Below, one piece after another: positions 29,368 through 39,306 of a DNA stretch of 64,000 nucleotides (position 1 is its first letter; each line of letters starts with the position of its first letter). The notes beneath the pieces were generated by a model. It saw only the letters and a program-made list of their open reading frames with translations, made no database searches and was not told the origin of the DNA. This stretch comes from Candidatus Doudnabacteria bacterium (GTDB taxonomy: Bacteria; Patescibacteriota; Doudnabacteria; UBA920; 2-01-FULL-46-14): the NCBI GenBank assembly GCA_041497195.1, contig JBGQGB010000002.1, positions 172,140-236,139 of the forward strand, read 5' to 3'. A program made the translations under genes and the position numbers.

Positions 29368-30256
29368 CGTCACGAAGTATTACAAAGTCTGGTTTGGTTT
29401 TTCCGGCTTGTTGCTTTTGGCCTCCGCCGTGCTTCTGATAGCCTGGCATCTCCAATTTGGCATTGACTTCAAAGGCGGTTTTCGCGCTGAAGTTGAATTC
29501 GCCAAGACTGTTGACGCTTCATCCGTCCAAACAGAGCTTGCTAAAAACGGATTTAGTCAAGTTTTGGTTCAACCAGTCACTGACAAAAAAATAGTCATCC
29601 GGACCGAGGCCATCGACGATACCCAAACTGCCAAATTCAAGCAGGTCCTGGAGCACAAATTTGGCAGCTACCAGGAAGACAGCCTGACTAGGGTAGGGCC
29701 GACCTTAGGAAGCGAACTCTTGCGCAAAGCATACTGGCAAATCGGACTGGTTGTCTTGGGGATTGTGCTATACGTGAGCTATGCTTTCCGCAAAATCGGC
29801 AGGTCGATGAAAAAAGGAAGAATCCCCGCGTGGCATTTGGGTGTGGCGACAATAGCCGCATTAGCTCACGATTTGCTAATTCCCATCGGCGTGTTCGTAG
29901 TTTTAGGGCATTTCAAAGGTGTTGAGGTAGACAGCCTTTTTATCACCGCACTGCTCACAATCATGGGTTTTTCCGTCCACGATACGATCGTCGTTTTTGA
30001 CAGGATCCGTGAAAACTTGCAAAAGTATCCATACAAGTCTTTGCAGACTATTATTGATTATTCAGTGAGTTCCACCATGGCTCGTTCCATAAATACTTCC
30101 TCGACTTTAATTTTTGTTCTGATCGCCATGTTGCTTTTTGGTGGTCAGACTGTATTCTATTTCATCCTAGCCCTTCTAGTCGGAGTATTTTTCGGCACTT
30201 ATTCTTCGATTTTTATTGCGAGTCCGATACTTTTCCTCTGGCATAGAGAAACATGA
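29360..30256 (+). CDS. secF: Protein translocase subunit SecF
   Basis: GIDFKGG, ALAHD, GFSVHDTIVVFDRIRE, GTYSSIFIA. Confidence 0.96.
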   Translation: MFSVTKYYKVWFGFSGLLLLASAVLLIAWHLQFGIDFKGGFRAEVEFAKTVDASSVQTELAKNGFSQVLVQPVTDKKIVIRTEAIDDTQTAKFKQVLEHKFGSYQEDSLTRVGPTLGSELLRKAYWQIGLVVLGIVLYVSYAFRKIGRSMKKGRIPAWHLGVATIAALAHDLLIPIGVFVVLGHFKGVEVDSLFITALLTIMGFSVHDTIVVFDRIRENLQKYPYKSLQTIIDYSVSSTMARSINTSSTLIFVLIAMLLFGGQTVFYFILALLVGVFFGTYSSIFIASPILFLWHRET

Positions 30257-30257
30257 T

Positions 30258-30286
30258 TTGACAAGCATAGCAAATTATGCTATACT
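30258..30286 (+). promoter_or_regulatory. Near-consensus sigma70 promoter
   Basis: TTGACA-N17-TATACT with TG extension. Confidence 0.75.
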
Positions 30287-30307
30287 GGTGGCGATTAAAA
30301 AAACGCC

Positions 30308-31429
30308 ATGGCAGAGGAGCAGGACAGCAAAAATCCAAAACCTCACGGCATTCTGGACACCGTGAGCTATACGCGACAAAATGAGACTTTGCGTAACTTC
30401 AATCCGCAAAGTTTTGTTAGTACTTTTTTGGATGGGCTCAAGCTTCGGGAGAGACAAATACTCTCCAGCCGATACGGCCTCGATGACGGCCAGCCACAAA
30501 CATTGGAAGAAATCGGGAAAAGACTGGGTTTGACTCGCGAGCGGGTGAGACAAATCGAAAAAGAAACGACCAAAAAGCTGCAACAAAAAAATATACCCGT
30601 CAGCCTCGAACAGACTGTAGATCTGATATTCCAAATAATCGAGGACAGCGGCAACATAGCGATCGAGGAAAAAATTCTGGACACGCTCCTGGCAGCGAAC
30701 AAGACCGAGGTGGGGCGCAAGGCAATCTTATTTGTTCTAAATTTAGCGCCGCGCTTTAACCGTTTCAAAGAAACAAACAGCTACAGCGCCGGCTGGTCCG
30801 TGACCGGTTTTGATGTCAATCTACTGGAACAAATAATTTCAGCTGCGCAGGAAAGGCTGGAAACAGCGCAAAAACCTTTGCGCGGCGACATTCTGTTTGA
30901 CCAAATTCGAAAACAGATTAATTCCGCAGAAATCCAAAATCTCACCAATGAAGCTTTGGACAGCTACACAAGCATGTCAAAGCAGATTGACAAAAACGTC
31001 TTTCAAGAATGGGGCTTAGCGAAATGGACCGATATTCATCCGAAGGACGTCGGAGATAAGGTATATTTGGTGTTGTCTCACCACGGCAAACCCGAACATT
31101 ACTCAAAAATTACCGAACTCATAAACAAACAAAGTTTTGATAAACGCACGGCCCACAAAGAAACCGTGCACAACGAACTCATAAAAGACGACCGGTTCGT
31201 ACTGGTAGGAAGGGGGATTTACGCGCTCACGAAATGGGGATACAAAAAAGGCGTAGTGGCCGACATAATCAAGGAAACTTTACAAAAATCTCCGGAGCCG
31301 CTGACTAGAGACCAATTGATTGAGCAGGTTCTCAAACAGCGTCTTGTGAAAAGAAATACTATTATAGTCGGGCTTTCCAATCGCAAACTCTTTCGTAAAA
31401 CTTCGGACAACAAATACACAAATGTTTAG
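30308..31429 (+). CDS. Sigma-70 region-4 HTH protein with C-terminal winged-helix (RNAP delta/HARE-HTH-like) domains
   Basis: RERQILSSRYGL..TLEEIGKRLGLTRERVRQIE; C-terminal TVHNELIKDDRFVLVGRGIYALTKWG; no sigma region 2 recognisable. Confidence 0.8.
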   Translation: MAEEQDSKNPKPHGILDTVSYTRQNETLRNFNPQSFVSTFLDGLKLRERQILSSRYGLDDGQPQTLEEIGKRLGLTRERVRQIEKETTKKLQQKNIPVSLEQTVDLIFQIIEDSGNIAIEEKILDTLLAANKTEVGRKAILFVLNLAPRFNRFKETNSYSAGWSVTGFDVNLLEQIISAAQERLETAQKPLRGDILFDQIRKQINSAEIQNLTNEALDSYTSMSKQIDKNVFQEWGLAKWTDIHPKDVGDKVYLVLSHHGKPEHYSKITELINKQSFDKRTAHKETVHNELIKDDRFVLVGRGIYALTKWGYKKGVVADIIKETLQKSPEPLTRDQLIEQVLKQRLVKRNTIIVGLSNRKLFRKTSDNKYTNV

Positions 31430-32744
31430 TGACGTATTTCAGCTATTCAGCTTAATTTGGTTTTTAATGGTCAAAGGCGGGTGGGTCGTTTTGGCAGCCG
31501 GGCTCGTGTATATGTTTGGTTGGCTTTATATGGATCGGATCCAAATGGCTTGGTATCACAAACTCGAATGGGTATTTTTGAAAATCACGGTGCCCAAAGA
31601 AAACGATAAAAGTCCGCTGGCGTTCGAGCAGATTTTTGGCCACGTTCACGCTATGCACGCAACTTTTACCCCAGCCGAAAAATATTTGGAGGGTCAATTT
31701 CAAATCTGGTTCACTTGGGAAATCGTCAGCATCGGCGGTACTATCAGCAACTACGTCAAAATTCTGAAAAAATACCGAGATACTCTCGAGTCGGCCATTT
31801 ACTCACAATTTCCTCAGGCTGAAATCACCGAAACCGCTGACTACTTTGACAGTCTCCCAAAATACAACACGGACACATCCGAGTACGACATTTTCGCTTT
31901 TAATTTCAAATACAAACACCCCAATCCGTACCCGATCCGCAGCTATCTGGAATTCGAACACAGTAGTGCCGACACTTTTGTCGACCCGGTCGACGGCCTC
32001 TGGGAAGAGCTCACGAAAATCAGTCCCTATGAAATGGTCGTGTTTCAATATATTTTCCGGCCCATAGCGGACGATGACTGGAAAGAAACCGGGCGCAAAC
32101 TCGTGAGCAAGCTCAAAGGGGAGCGGGAGGCTTTGGAGGAAAAACCGAATTATTTAGCTCAGGCAGCTGGCTGGCTTATAAACCCCTTCATCGACGCTTT
32201 GATAATCAGGGCCAGCCCCGGGGAGCACCGACCAGCACCACGGAAGGAAGAGTTGCCCCCCAGCCTGATGTTGCATTTGTCTGAGGGAGAAAAAGAAATA
32301 ATCAGCGCGATTGAGCGCAAACTTGCCAAGCTGACTTACCAAACCAAACTTCACGTTCTGTATATAGCCCCCAGGGAAAAGTATAACCCCAGCCCGGTTT
32401 ATACGGCTATAATTGGCGCGATAAAAAGCGTTGGTTCAGCGGACACCAATTCGCTCAAGCCAGACACGCACAAATGGACCAAGGTCCACTACGGAGCATT
32501 TAAAGAGTGGGAAAAACCGATTACCACAACCAGGCTGAACTATCGCAAACGGCGCTTCATGAGCCGGATCAGGCGACGTTTTTATTTCCACGGACCAGCG
32601 CCGATGATTCTCAGTACCGAGGAAATCGCCACGATTTTGCACTTCCCCAGAACCGAGGTCACAGTCCCGCAGATTGAAAAAGTCGAGGTTATGAAAGTTC
32701 AGCCACCACCGGAGTTACCTGTTATTTATGATGAAACTATATGA
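31422..32744 (+). CDS. N-terminally membrane-anchored hypothetical protein, partner of the downstream ATPase
   Basis: TM then LKITVPKEN..SPLAFEQIF, ESAIYSQFPQAEITE, PIRSY, LSTEEIATILHFP; overlaps both neighbours. Confidence 0.7.
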   Translation: MFSDVFQLFSLIWFLMVKGGWVVLAAGLVYMFGWLYMDRIQMAWYHKLEWVFLKITVPKENDKSPLAFEQIFGHVHAMHATFTPAEKYLEGQFQIWFTWEIVSIGGTISNYVKILKKYRDTLESAIYSQFPQAEITETADYFDSLPKYNTDTSEYDIFAFNFKYKHPNPYPIRSYLEFEHSSADTFVDPVDGLWEELTKISPYEMVVFQYIFRPIADDDWKETGRKLVSKLKGEREALEEKPNYLAQAAGWLINPFIDALIIRASPGEHRPAPRKEELPPSLMLHLSEGEKEIISAIERKLAKLTYQTKLHVLYIAPREKYNPSPVYTAIIGAIKSVGSADTNSLKPDTHKWTKVHYGAFKEWEKPITTTRLNYRKRRFMSRIRRRFYFHGPAPMILSTEEIATILHFPRTEVTVPQIEKVEVMKVQPPPELPVIYDETI

Positions 32745-34354
32745 ATAACAATCGAGAACACATCAATCTTTTCGCCCGAACCAATTTTCGTAACCGCGAG
32801 GTACCTTTTGGCATCAAGGAAGATGACCGGCGCCGGCACATGTACATCATCGGCAAGACAGGCATGGGAAAGACTACCATGATTGAAAACATGATAGTCC
32901 AGGATATCGCTGCCGGTCACGGCGTGGCCTTTGTCGACCCCCATGGCGAATCAGTCGAAAAGATTCTTCAGTATATCCCTTCCTCGCGCGTCAACGATGT
33001 CGTGTATTTCAATCCCGCGGATATCGACTATCCGATAGCCTTCAATCCGCTCGAGTCAGTCGATCCGAAATACAAACACTTGGTTGCGTCCGGACTGATG
33101 GGCGTATTCACTAAAATTTGGGAAAATGTCTGGAGTGCCCGGATGGAATACATTTTGAACAACACAATACTTGCTCTGCTGGACACTCCGGGCAACACTA
33201 TGCTCGGTATTGCGCGCATGCTGGTGGACAAAAAATTTCGCAAACGAATAACCGACAACACCCGGGATCCAGTGGTCAAATCCTTTTGGATAGATGAGTT
33301 CGCTAATTATAACGATCGGTTCCGCAACGAAGCCATTGCGCCTATCCAGAACAAAGTCGGACAATTTTTATCCTCCGCCATTATCAGAAACATTGTTGGC
33401 CAGACAAAAAGCACTGTTGATTTGCGGGATATCATGGACAACAGGAAGATTTTACTTCTGAATTTGGCCAAAGGCCGCATCGGCGAGGACAATTCGAAAC
33501 TTCTAGGAGCGATGTTTATCACCAAGCTGCAGCTGGCAGCGATGAGTAGGGTAGATGTTCCGGAAGAAGAGCGGGCAGATTTTTATTTGTACGTTGACGA
33601 ATTTCAAAACTTTGCGACGCAGTCGTTCGCGACTATCCTGTCAGAGGCTAGAAAATACCGACTGAATTTGATAATCGCCCACCAATACATTGAGCAGCTT
33701 GACGAGGAGGTCGCCGCTGCAGTATTTGGTAACGTCGGTACAATCATTTTATTCAGGATTGGGGCAACGGACGCTGAAGCCCTGGAGCCTGAATTTTTGC
33801 CGACTTTTGAACAGGATGACCTGGTCAACCTGAGCAAATATCACATTTATCTAAAACTGATGATAAACGGTGTCTCTTCGCAGCCATTTTCGGCTGTCAC
33901 TCTACAGCCGCTTGCAGAAAAAACGGGAAATCTAGATAAGGTCATCAAAGTTTCCCGCGAAAGATACAGCCGTCCGCGCGAACAAATCGAGGAAAAGATT
34001 ACGCGCTGGATGGGACAGGAATACCATAGCGAAGCGGCCCAGCAGGACCTCACGGAAGAAGAGGCAGAGGAGGAAAGGGGAGGAGTGATATTCAGTGGAG
34101 CTACCGCGGCGCCTGCAGCTACGAAGCCTGTTGTAGTAGAAAAACCAGATGCTCCTGCCCCGGCTAACCCCGTACTGAATTCTAAACCACAAGAAAATCC
34201 GGTTTGGCAGAAAGTTGCCAGCGACCAAGAGAAAAAGACCCAAGAGGCAATAAAAAAAGTCTCCAAGACGCTGCGTTTTGATTTTGCTAACAAGAAAAAT
34301 CAACTCCAACCGCCGCGCCCACCAGTTGAGAGTGACAAACCACGACAAACTTGA
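32741..34354 (+). CDS. VirD4/TraG/HerA-like P-loop ATPase (DUF87-type)
   Basis: RRRHMYIIGKTGMGKT, VDPHG, LYVDEFQNF, SEARKYRL, HQYIEQL, FGNVGT. Confidence 0.85.
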   Translation: MNNNREHINLFARTNFRNREVPFGIKEDDRRRHMYIIGKTGMGKTTMIENMIVQDIAAGHGVAFVDPHGESVEKILQYIPSSRVNDVVYFNPADIDYPIAFNPLESVDPKYKHLVASGLMGVFTKIWENVWSARMEYILNNTILALLDTPGNTMLGIARMLVDKKFRKRITDNTRDPVVKSFWIDEFANYNDRFRNEAIAPIQNKVGQFLSSAIIRNIVGQTKSTVDLRDIMDNRKILLLNLAKGRIGEDNSKLLGAMFITKLQLAAMSRVDVPEEERADFYLYVDEFQNFATQSFATILSEARKYRLNLIIAHQYIEQLDEEVAAAVFGNVGTIILFRIGATDAEALEPEFLPTFEQDDLVNLSKYHIYLKLMINGVSSQPFSAVTLQPLAEKTGNLDKVIKVSRERYSRPREQIEEKITRWMGQEYHSEAAQQDLTEEEAEEERGGVIFSGATAAPAATKPVVVEKPDAPAPANPVLNSKPQENPVWQKVASDQEKKTQEAIKKVSKTLRFDFANKKNQLQPPRPPVESDKPRQT

Positions 34355-34367
34355 TACACTTTAGCTC

Positions 34368-35456
34368 ATGAAAAAGGTCTTGGTCGCCATGAGCGGAGGA
34401 GTTGACTCCTCGGTAGCAGCAGCCCTTCTGAAACAGCAGGGCTATTTTGTTGCAGGCGGTTATATGAAAAATTTTTCCGAAGAGTCATGGTCTGGTGTCA
34501 TCAAAGCAGATTGCCCATGGGAACAGGATGTCGCTGATGCCAAGGCGGTATGCGATAAACTTGGAATCGAATTACGTAGTTTTAATTTTGAAAAAGAATA
34601 CAAAGACAAGGTGGTTGAATATTTTTTCGCTGATTACGCAGCGGGGCGCACACCAAACCCCGACATCATATGCAATAAAGAAATCAAATTCAAGCTTTTT
34701 CTTGATAAAGCTTTAGAATTGGGGTTTGACTATATAGCTACAGGTCACTACGCTCGAATCCAAAAACTTACGAGGTACAACTTTAGTACTTACCAACTTT
34801 GCAAGGGACTGGACGCAAAAAAAGACCAATCCTATTTTCTGTATACCCTCACTCAAGACCAACTTGCTCATTCGATCTTTCCAGTCGGAGAATATGCCAA
34901 AACGCAAGTGCGCCAATTGGCTCGCGACTTTGGATTGCCAAACTCAGAAAAAAAAGACTCCCAAGGAGTTTGTTTCATCGGCCGCATCAATCTGCGCGAA
35001 TTCCTGAAACAAAGGATTCCGGAAAGAGTCGGAGAAATAGTGACGACCGCAGGTCAAGTCATCGGGCAACACCGCGGGGCTGCTTACTTCACAATCGGCC
35101 AGCGAGAAGGATTGGGCGTCGGCGGCGGCACTCCCTACTATGTCTCCCAAAAAAATGTTTTAAAAAATCAGATCGTTGTCGCCCAAGGGCGACAAGATAG
35201 CTCAATGTACAAAACTGAAGTTAGAATCGCCAACCCCCATTGGATTGGCAAGGAACCAAAACTTCCTTTCAGCTGTCGCACTAAAATCCGTTACCAGCAA
35301 CTAGATCAGGAATGTGAGGTCACTAAACAAGGTAGCGAATTGATCGTGAACTTTCGGGAGTCCCAGTTTGCTGTAGCCCCCGGGCAGTCCATAGTATTTT
35401 ACAACGGCAATCTCGTCGTAGGTGGCGCCATCATCGAAAATTCGTTTCGCTACTGA
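34368..35456 (+). CDS. mnmA: tRNA-specific 2-thiouridylase MnmA
   Basis: AMSGGVDSS, TPNPDIICNKEIKF, ATGHY, KDQSYFL, DSQGVCF, APGQ. Confidence 0.97.
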   Translation: MKKVLVAMSGGVDSSVAAALLKQQGYFVAGGYMKNFSEESWSGVIKADCPWEQDVADAKAVCDKLGIELRSFNFEKEYKDKVVEYFFADYAAGRTPNPDIICNKEIKFKLFLDKALELGFDYIATGHYARIQKLTRYNFSTYQLCKGLDAKKDQSYFLYTLTQDQLAHSIFPVGEYAKTQVRQLARDFGLPNSEKKDSQGVCFIGRINLREFLKQRIPERVGEIVTTAGQVIGQHRGAAYFTIGQREGLGVGGGTPYYVSQKNVLKNQIVVAQGRQDSSMYKTEVRIANPHWIGKEPKLPFSCRTKIRYQQLDQECEVTKQGSELIVNFRESQFAVAPGQSIVFYNGNLVVGGAIIENSFRY

Positions 35457-35521
35457 TTCTGTCGAAAAAACTTTTTGACAATCGGCTGCCTCTACTAAAG
35501 GGACGTCATAGGTTCTTTTTT

Positions 35522-37498
35522 CTATTTGACTAAAAATTTCACTATCAAAAGAGCGACGATATTGATGATCTTAATCATCGGGTTTATCGCGGGCCCGGCT
35601 GTATCCTTGTAGGGATCACCGACTGTATCCCCGGTGACTGCAGCAGCATGAGCAGGGGAGCCTTTGCCGCCGTACTGACCCTCTTCAATGTATTTTTTCG
35701 CATTATCCCAGGCAGCCCCTCCTGAGGTCATCGAAATCGCTACGAACAGCCCGGTCACGATTGTCCCGACCAGGAGACCACCCAGCGCTTTGGGTCCCAA
35801 AATAAAACCGACAAGAAGCGGTGCGGCCACTGGAAGTAGCGCCGGGATCAACATCTCTCTCAATGCAGCCTTTGTCACGATATCAACTGCGCGAGCATAA
35901 TCCGGTTTGGTAGTGCCTTCCATGATGCCTTTGATTTCGCGGAACTGCCGTCTGACTTCTTCCACGACCGCCCCGGCGGCCTTGCCAACCGCCAGCATGG
36001 CCATGGACCCGAACAGATAAGGAAGAAGCGCGCCCAAGAATATTCCAGAAAGAACGCGAACATCGGAAAGCTCAAAGACAATTTTGTGTCCCAACTCAGC
36101 CAGCTCTTGGGTATAAGCGCCAAAAAGTACTATCGCAGCGAGGCCCGCGGAAGCGATCGCGTACCCTTTGGTTACGGCCTTGGTCGTATTGCCAACCGCA
36201 TCAAGAGCGTCTGTTACTTTTCTGACCGACTCGGGAAGTCCCGCCATCTCAGCGATGCCGCCGGCATTGTCTGTAATTGGTCCAAAAGCATCAATTGCGA
36301 TGATTATGCCTGTCAAAGACAGAAGTGACATGACCGCGATTCCTACACCGTAAATCCCCGCCAATTTGAAGCTGACAAGAATGCCCCCGACAATCAGGAC
36401 GGCGGGCAGAGCGGTTGCTTCCATGCTCATGGCCAGACCGGTGATGATGTTTGTGCCGTGTCCGCTTGTTGAGGATTTGGCAATGACTTGGACGGGCCGG
36501 AATTTTTTCGAAGTATAATATTCCGTAATCACGAACATTCCCAGAGCTACGACCAGCCCGACAATTGCTGACCAAAAAAACTTCACTCCAGATGAGTAAG
36601 AACTAGTGATCCAGTAAAACCCAGCGGCCCCCAAGAGTCCGCTCACTGCAAGCCCTCGGTAAAGGGCGGTCATTATTTGGCCGGATGCAGGCAATCTGAC
36701 AAAAAAGGTTCCAACGATTGACGCAAAAATCGCCACCCCACCAATAAGCAGCGGGAGGTAGACCAAATCAGCGGCTCCCGGATAGACCAAGCTGCCCAAA
36801 AGCATGACCGCTACCAGAGTCACAGCATAGGTTTCAAAAAGATCCGCGGCCATGCCAGCGTCATCGCCGACATTGTCACCGACATTGTCAGCTATGACCG
36901 CCGGGTTGCGAGGGTCGTCTTCGGGAATACCGGCCTCGACTTTGCCAACCAGGTCTGCGCCAACATCAGCGCCCTTTGTAAAAATACCTCCTCCAAGTCT
37001 GGCAAAAACAGAAATTAGTGACCCCCCAAAGCCCAAACCAATCAGAGATTTGAGATCATGAGTAAGCGCAAAAAAACCGGCAACTGACAAGAGCGCCAGA
37101 CCGACCACAAACAGACCCGTAACCGCACCGCCTTTAAAAGCCAGGTCCAGGGCCTCGCTGAGGCCGCTCTTGGCGGCTTCAGCTGTACGAACATTGGCCC
37201 GGACCGCAACATTCATGCCGATAAAACCAGCCAGAGCCGAGGCGACCGCCCCAATCAAAAAAGCCAGAGCAGTGTTTGCTCCGAGAAATATCCAAACCGC
37301 AACAAAAATTACGACAGCTACCACGCCGACGGTAGTGTATTGGCGCTTCAAGTAAGCATTGGCTCCTTCTTGGATGGCGGCTGCGATGGAGCGCATTTTT
37401 TCGTCGCCTTGGGGTTTCCTATTAATAAACACAGCCAACAAAAGGCCGTAAAGGATGGCTACGACCGAAGCGAGTAGGGCAAACAAAATGGGAGGCAT
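35522..37498 (-). CDS. hppA: Membrane-bound ion-translocating pyrophosphatase, K+-independent H+-PPase type
   Basis: [63 protein letters not shown]. Confidence 0.95.
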   Translation of the reverse strand: MPPILFALLASVVAILYGLLLAVFINRKPQGDEKMRSIAAAIQEGANAYLKRQYTTVGVVAVVIFVAVWIFLGANTALAFLIGAVASALAGFIGMNVAVRANVRTAEAAKSGLSEALDLAFKGGAVTGLFVVGLALLSVAGFFALTHDLKSLIGLGFGGSLISVFARLGGGIFTKGADVGADLVGKVEAGIPEDDPRNPAVIADNVGDNVGDDAGMAADLFETYAVTLVAVMLLGSLVYPGAADLVYLPLLIGGVAIFASIVGTFFVRLPASGQIMTALYRGLAVSGLLGAAGFYWITSSYSSGVKFFWSAIVGLVVALGMFVITEYYTSKKFRPVQVIAKSSTSGHGTNIITGLAMSMEATALPAVLIVGGILVSFKLAGIYGVGIAVMSLLSLTGIIIAIDAFGPITDNAGGIAEMAGLPESVRKVTDALDAVGNTTKAVTKGYAIASAGLAAIVLFGAYTQELAELGHKIVFELSDVRVLSGIFLGALLPYLFGSMAMLAVGKAAGAVVEEVRRQFREIKGIMEGTTKPDYARAVDIVTKAALREMLIPALLPVAAPLLVGFILGPKALGGLLVGTIVTGLFVAISMTSGGAAWDNAKKYIEEGQYGGKGSPAHAAAVTGDTVGDPYKDTAGPAINPMIKIINIVALLIVKFLVK

Positions 37499-37675
37499 AG
37501 AGCTGGTATTTTATTGGCTTAATTACTCATATTTTAGCTAAAATCTGGCGCACAAGGCAAATGGTGACAAAACTTATCCACAAAACTTTTTTACGGCTTT
37601 TTGTGCTTAACCTATAATAAAGTCGTACAAAACTCTCCAAAAACAGCAAATCCTGAGAGGGGGTGAAAAGAATAA

Positions 37676-38035
37676 ATGGCAAAAATGTTTTCAATGCTCG
37701 TGGGGTGGGTGCTGGTTATTGTCGGACTACTCAATTTTTTCGTGGCTCCGATCAAACTGCTGCCAGCACATGCCGTTTTCCACATAGTCGCGGGGCTCCT
37801 CGGTATTTGGGCGGCTAAAAACCATGCAGTCGGCTATGCGATGTGGGTTGGTGTCGTCGGCGTCTTACTGGCCCTCATCGGATTTTTCTTTGGATACCCG
37901 ACTCTCTTGGGCCTCATCAACCTTCCCGTCTGGATTACCGTCATTCACCTGGTGCTTGGCGTATGGGGATTATGGACTTACTGGGCGGCAACCAAAAAAC
38001 CAATGGCTTCAGGCGGACCAGCAACCGCTATGTAA
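37676..38035 (+). CDS. Small 4-TM membrane protein (DUF4383-like)
   Basis: HAVFHIVAGLLGIW and IHLVLGVWG internal duplication; strong SD. Confidence 0.7.
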   Translation: MAKMFSMLVGWVLVIVGLLNFFVAPIKLLPAHAVFHIVAGLLGIWAAKNHAVGYAMWVGVVGVLLALIGFFFGYPTLLGLINLPVWITVIHLVLGVWGLWTYWAATKKPMASGGPATAM

Positions 38036-38064
38036 AGCGCCGATTTTCAAAACACAAAAGGCTC

Positions 38065-38102
38065 AAAAACAACCCTGCGAAATATCTACGGGGTTGTTTT
38101 TT
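38065..38102. terminator. Bidirectional terminator
   Basis: AAAAACAACCC...GGGTTGTTTTT. Confidence 0.7.
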
Positions 38103-38113
38103 CAAACTGAAAA

Positions 38114-38275
38114 TCAACGTTTGTAAAAAATAGGGAAAAAGCTGCGCCGGTAGCGCCACAAATGATAAACCATAGCGATCGCTACTAGAACAAGCTCTAT
38201 CTGGTGAATGTATAAAGCGATAAAAGTCAAAATCGGGTTTTGAGCCGTCAAGGCGCTCATGGCGTGATGGTGCAT
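38114..38275 (-). CDS. Possible 53-aa membrane microprotein
   Basis: MHHHAMSALTAQNPILTFIALYIHQIELVLVAIAMVYHLWRYRRSFFPIFYKR*; sits between two terminators. Confidence 0.35.
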   Translation of the reverse strand: MHHHAMSALTAQNPILTFIALYIHQIELVLVAIAMVYHLWRYRRSFFPIFYKR

Positions 38276-38301
38276 GTTTGGGCCTGAATTTAAAAGTTTC
38301 T

Positions 38302-38339
38302 AAAAACCCCGCCTTGATATTATCGAGGCGGGGTTTTTT
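38302..38339. terminator. Terminator after the RRM gene
   Basis: AAAAACCCCGCCT..AGGCGGGGTTTTT. Confidence 0.8.
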
Positions 38340-38349
38340 GGATCATTCC

Positions 38350-38676
38350 TTAAAAGCGATCATCGCGTCGTCCACCGAATCCGCCTCGACCGCCACCGCC
38401 ACCAAAATTGCCGCGGGGTGCTCTGGGCTGGAGAGGACGAGCTTCGTTGACCACGATTTTTCTACCTTCCATCTCGTAACCATTGAACATTTCAATGGCT
38501 TTCGCGGCTTCCTCATCGGAAGCCATCTCGACAAACCCGAAGCCTTTTGATCGGCCAGAGAATTTGTCCATGATGACAGAGGCAGAAGAGACAGCACCTG
38601 CTTGGGAAAAAAGATCCTGCAGTTCACTGTCAGTGGTTTTGTAAGGAAGACTCCCTACGTAAAGCTTCTTTGCCAC
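38350..38676 (-). CDS. RRM (RNP-1) RNA-binding protein with Gly/Arg-rich tail
   Basis: KLYVGSL (RNP2), SKGFGFVEM (RNP1), VVNEARP, GGGGGRGGFGG. Confidence 0.95.
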   Translation of the reverse strand: MAKKLYVGSLPYKTTDSELQDLFSQAGAVSSASVIMDKFSGRSKGFGFVEMASDEEAAKAIEMFNGYEMEGRKIVVNEARPLQPRAPRGNFGGGGGRGGFGGRRDDRF

Positions 38677-38788
38677 TTCACTTATCCTTGCTTAGCACGA
38701 GTAGGGGGTCCGAACAAAAAACCACGCTAACTTGATGCTAATTATTAAGTTTCAATGCAGTTTATGTGAATGTTCGACTGCAATCCAC

Positions 38789-38817
38789 ACTATACACTAC
38801 TTCGCTCTTTTTGGCAA
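38789..38817 (-). promoter_or_regulatory. Promoter of the RRM gene
   Basis: TTGCCA-N17-TATAGT, implying a 5' UTR of about 105 nt. Confidence 0.6.
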
Positions 38818-39306
38818 GTTCTTTGTCAAAACCGAGAATTTCAAATGAAATCCCACGACGCCAAAGGCCACGGCCACATTCAGGGATTCTTTCCGGCCGG
38901 ACATCGGGATTTCCAAGACTTTGTCACACTGCTTCAAGATGGCTAGGGGCAATCCTGTCACCTCATTGCCCACGACCAAAGCAGTTAACGGCCACTGGGT
39001 ATTCTCGGCCGCCTTGAAACGAAAATAGGAAACAGCCTTGAGGCTTTGCTCCAATGCGAATATTTTGAAACCACCCCTTTTTAAGCTCTTAATCGCACTC
39101 AAGGAGGCACGGATTTTTTCCCAAGCAACAAAACGCTCAGCCCCCAAAGACACTTTCGCAAGCGGTTTGCGGACCCGGCCGTATCTATCCACTGGCTCCG
39201 GGGTAATACCGCTGAGATAGATTTTTTCTATTCCTAAAGCGTCGGCTGTCCTGAAAATGGAGCCGACGTTATGAAGACTACGGATATTGTCCAAAACAAC
39301 GATCAC
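38797..39306 (-). CDS. SpoU/TrmH-family RNA methyltransferase
   Basis: DNIRSLHNVGSIFRTADA, VGNEVTGL, IPMSGRKESLNVAVA. Confidence 0.9.
   Translation of the reverse strand: MIVVLDNIRSLHNVGSIFRTADALGIEKIYLSGITPEPVDRYGRVRKPLAKVSLGAERFVAWEKIRASLSAIKSLKRGGFKIFALEQSLKAVSYFRFKAAENTQWPLTALVVGNEVTGLPLAILKQCDKVLEIPMSGRKESLNVAVAFGVVGFHLKFSVLTKNLPKRAK

Noticed and set aside
32741-34354. Conjugative element/ICE suggested by the VirD4-like ATPase
   Set aside because: No relaxase, VirB genes, integrase or att repeats; flanked by secF and mnmA.
37574-37582. Perfect DnaA box TTATCCACA
   Set aside because: Single copy with no cluster, no dnaA/dnaN nearby, and window-scale gene orientation is convergent rather than divergent; not enough for oriC.
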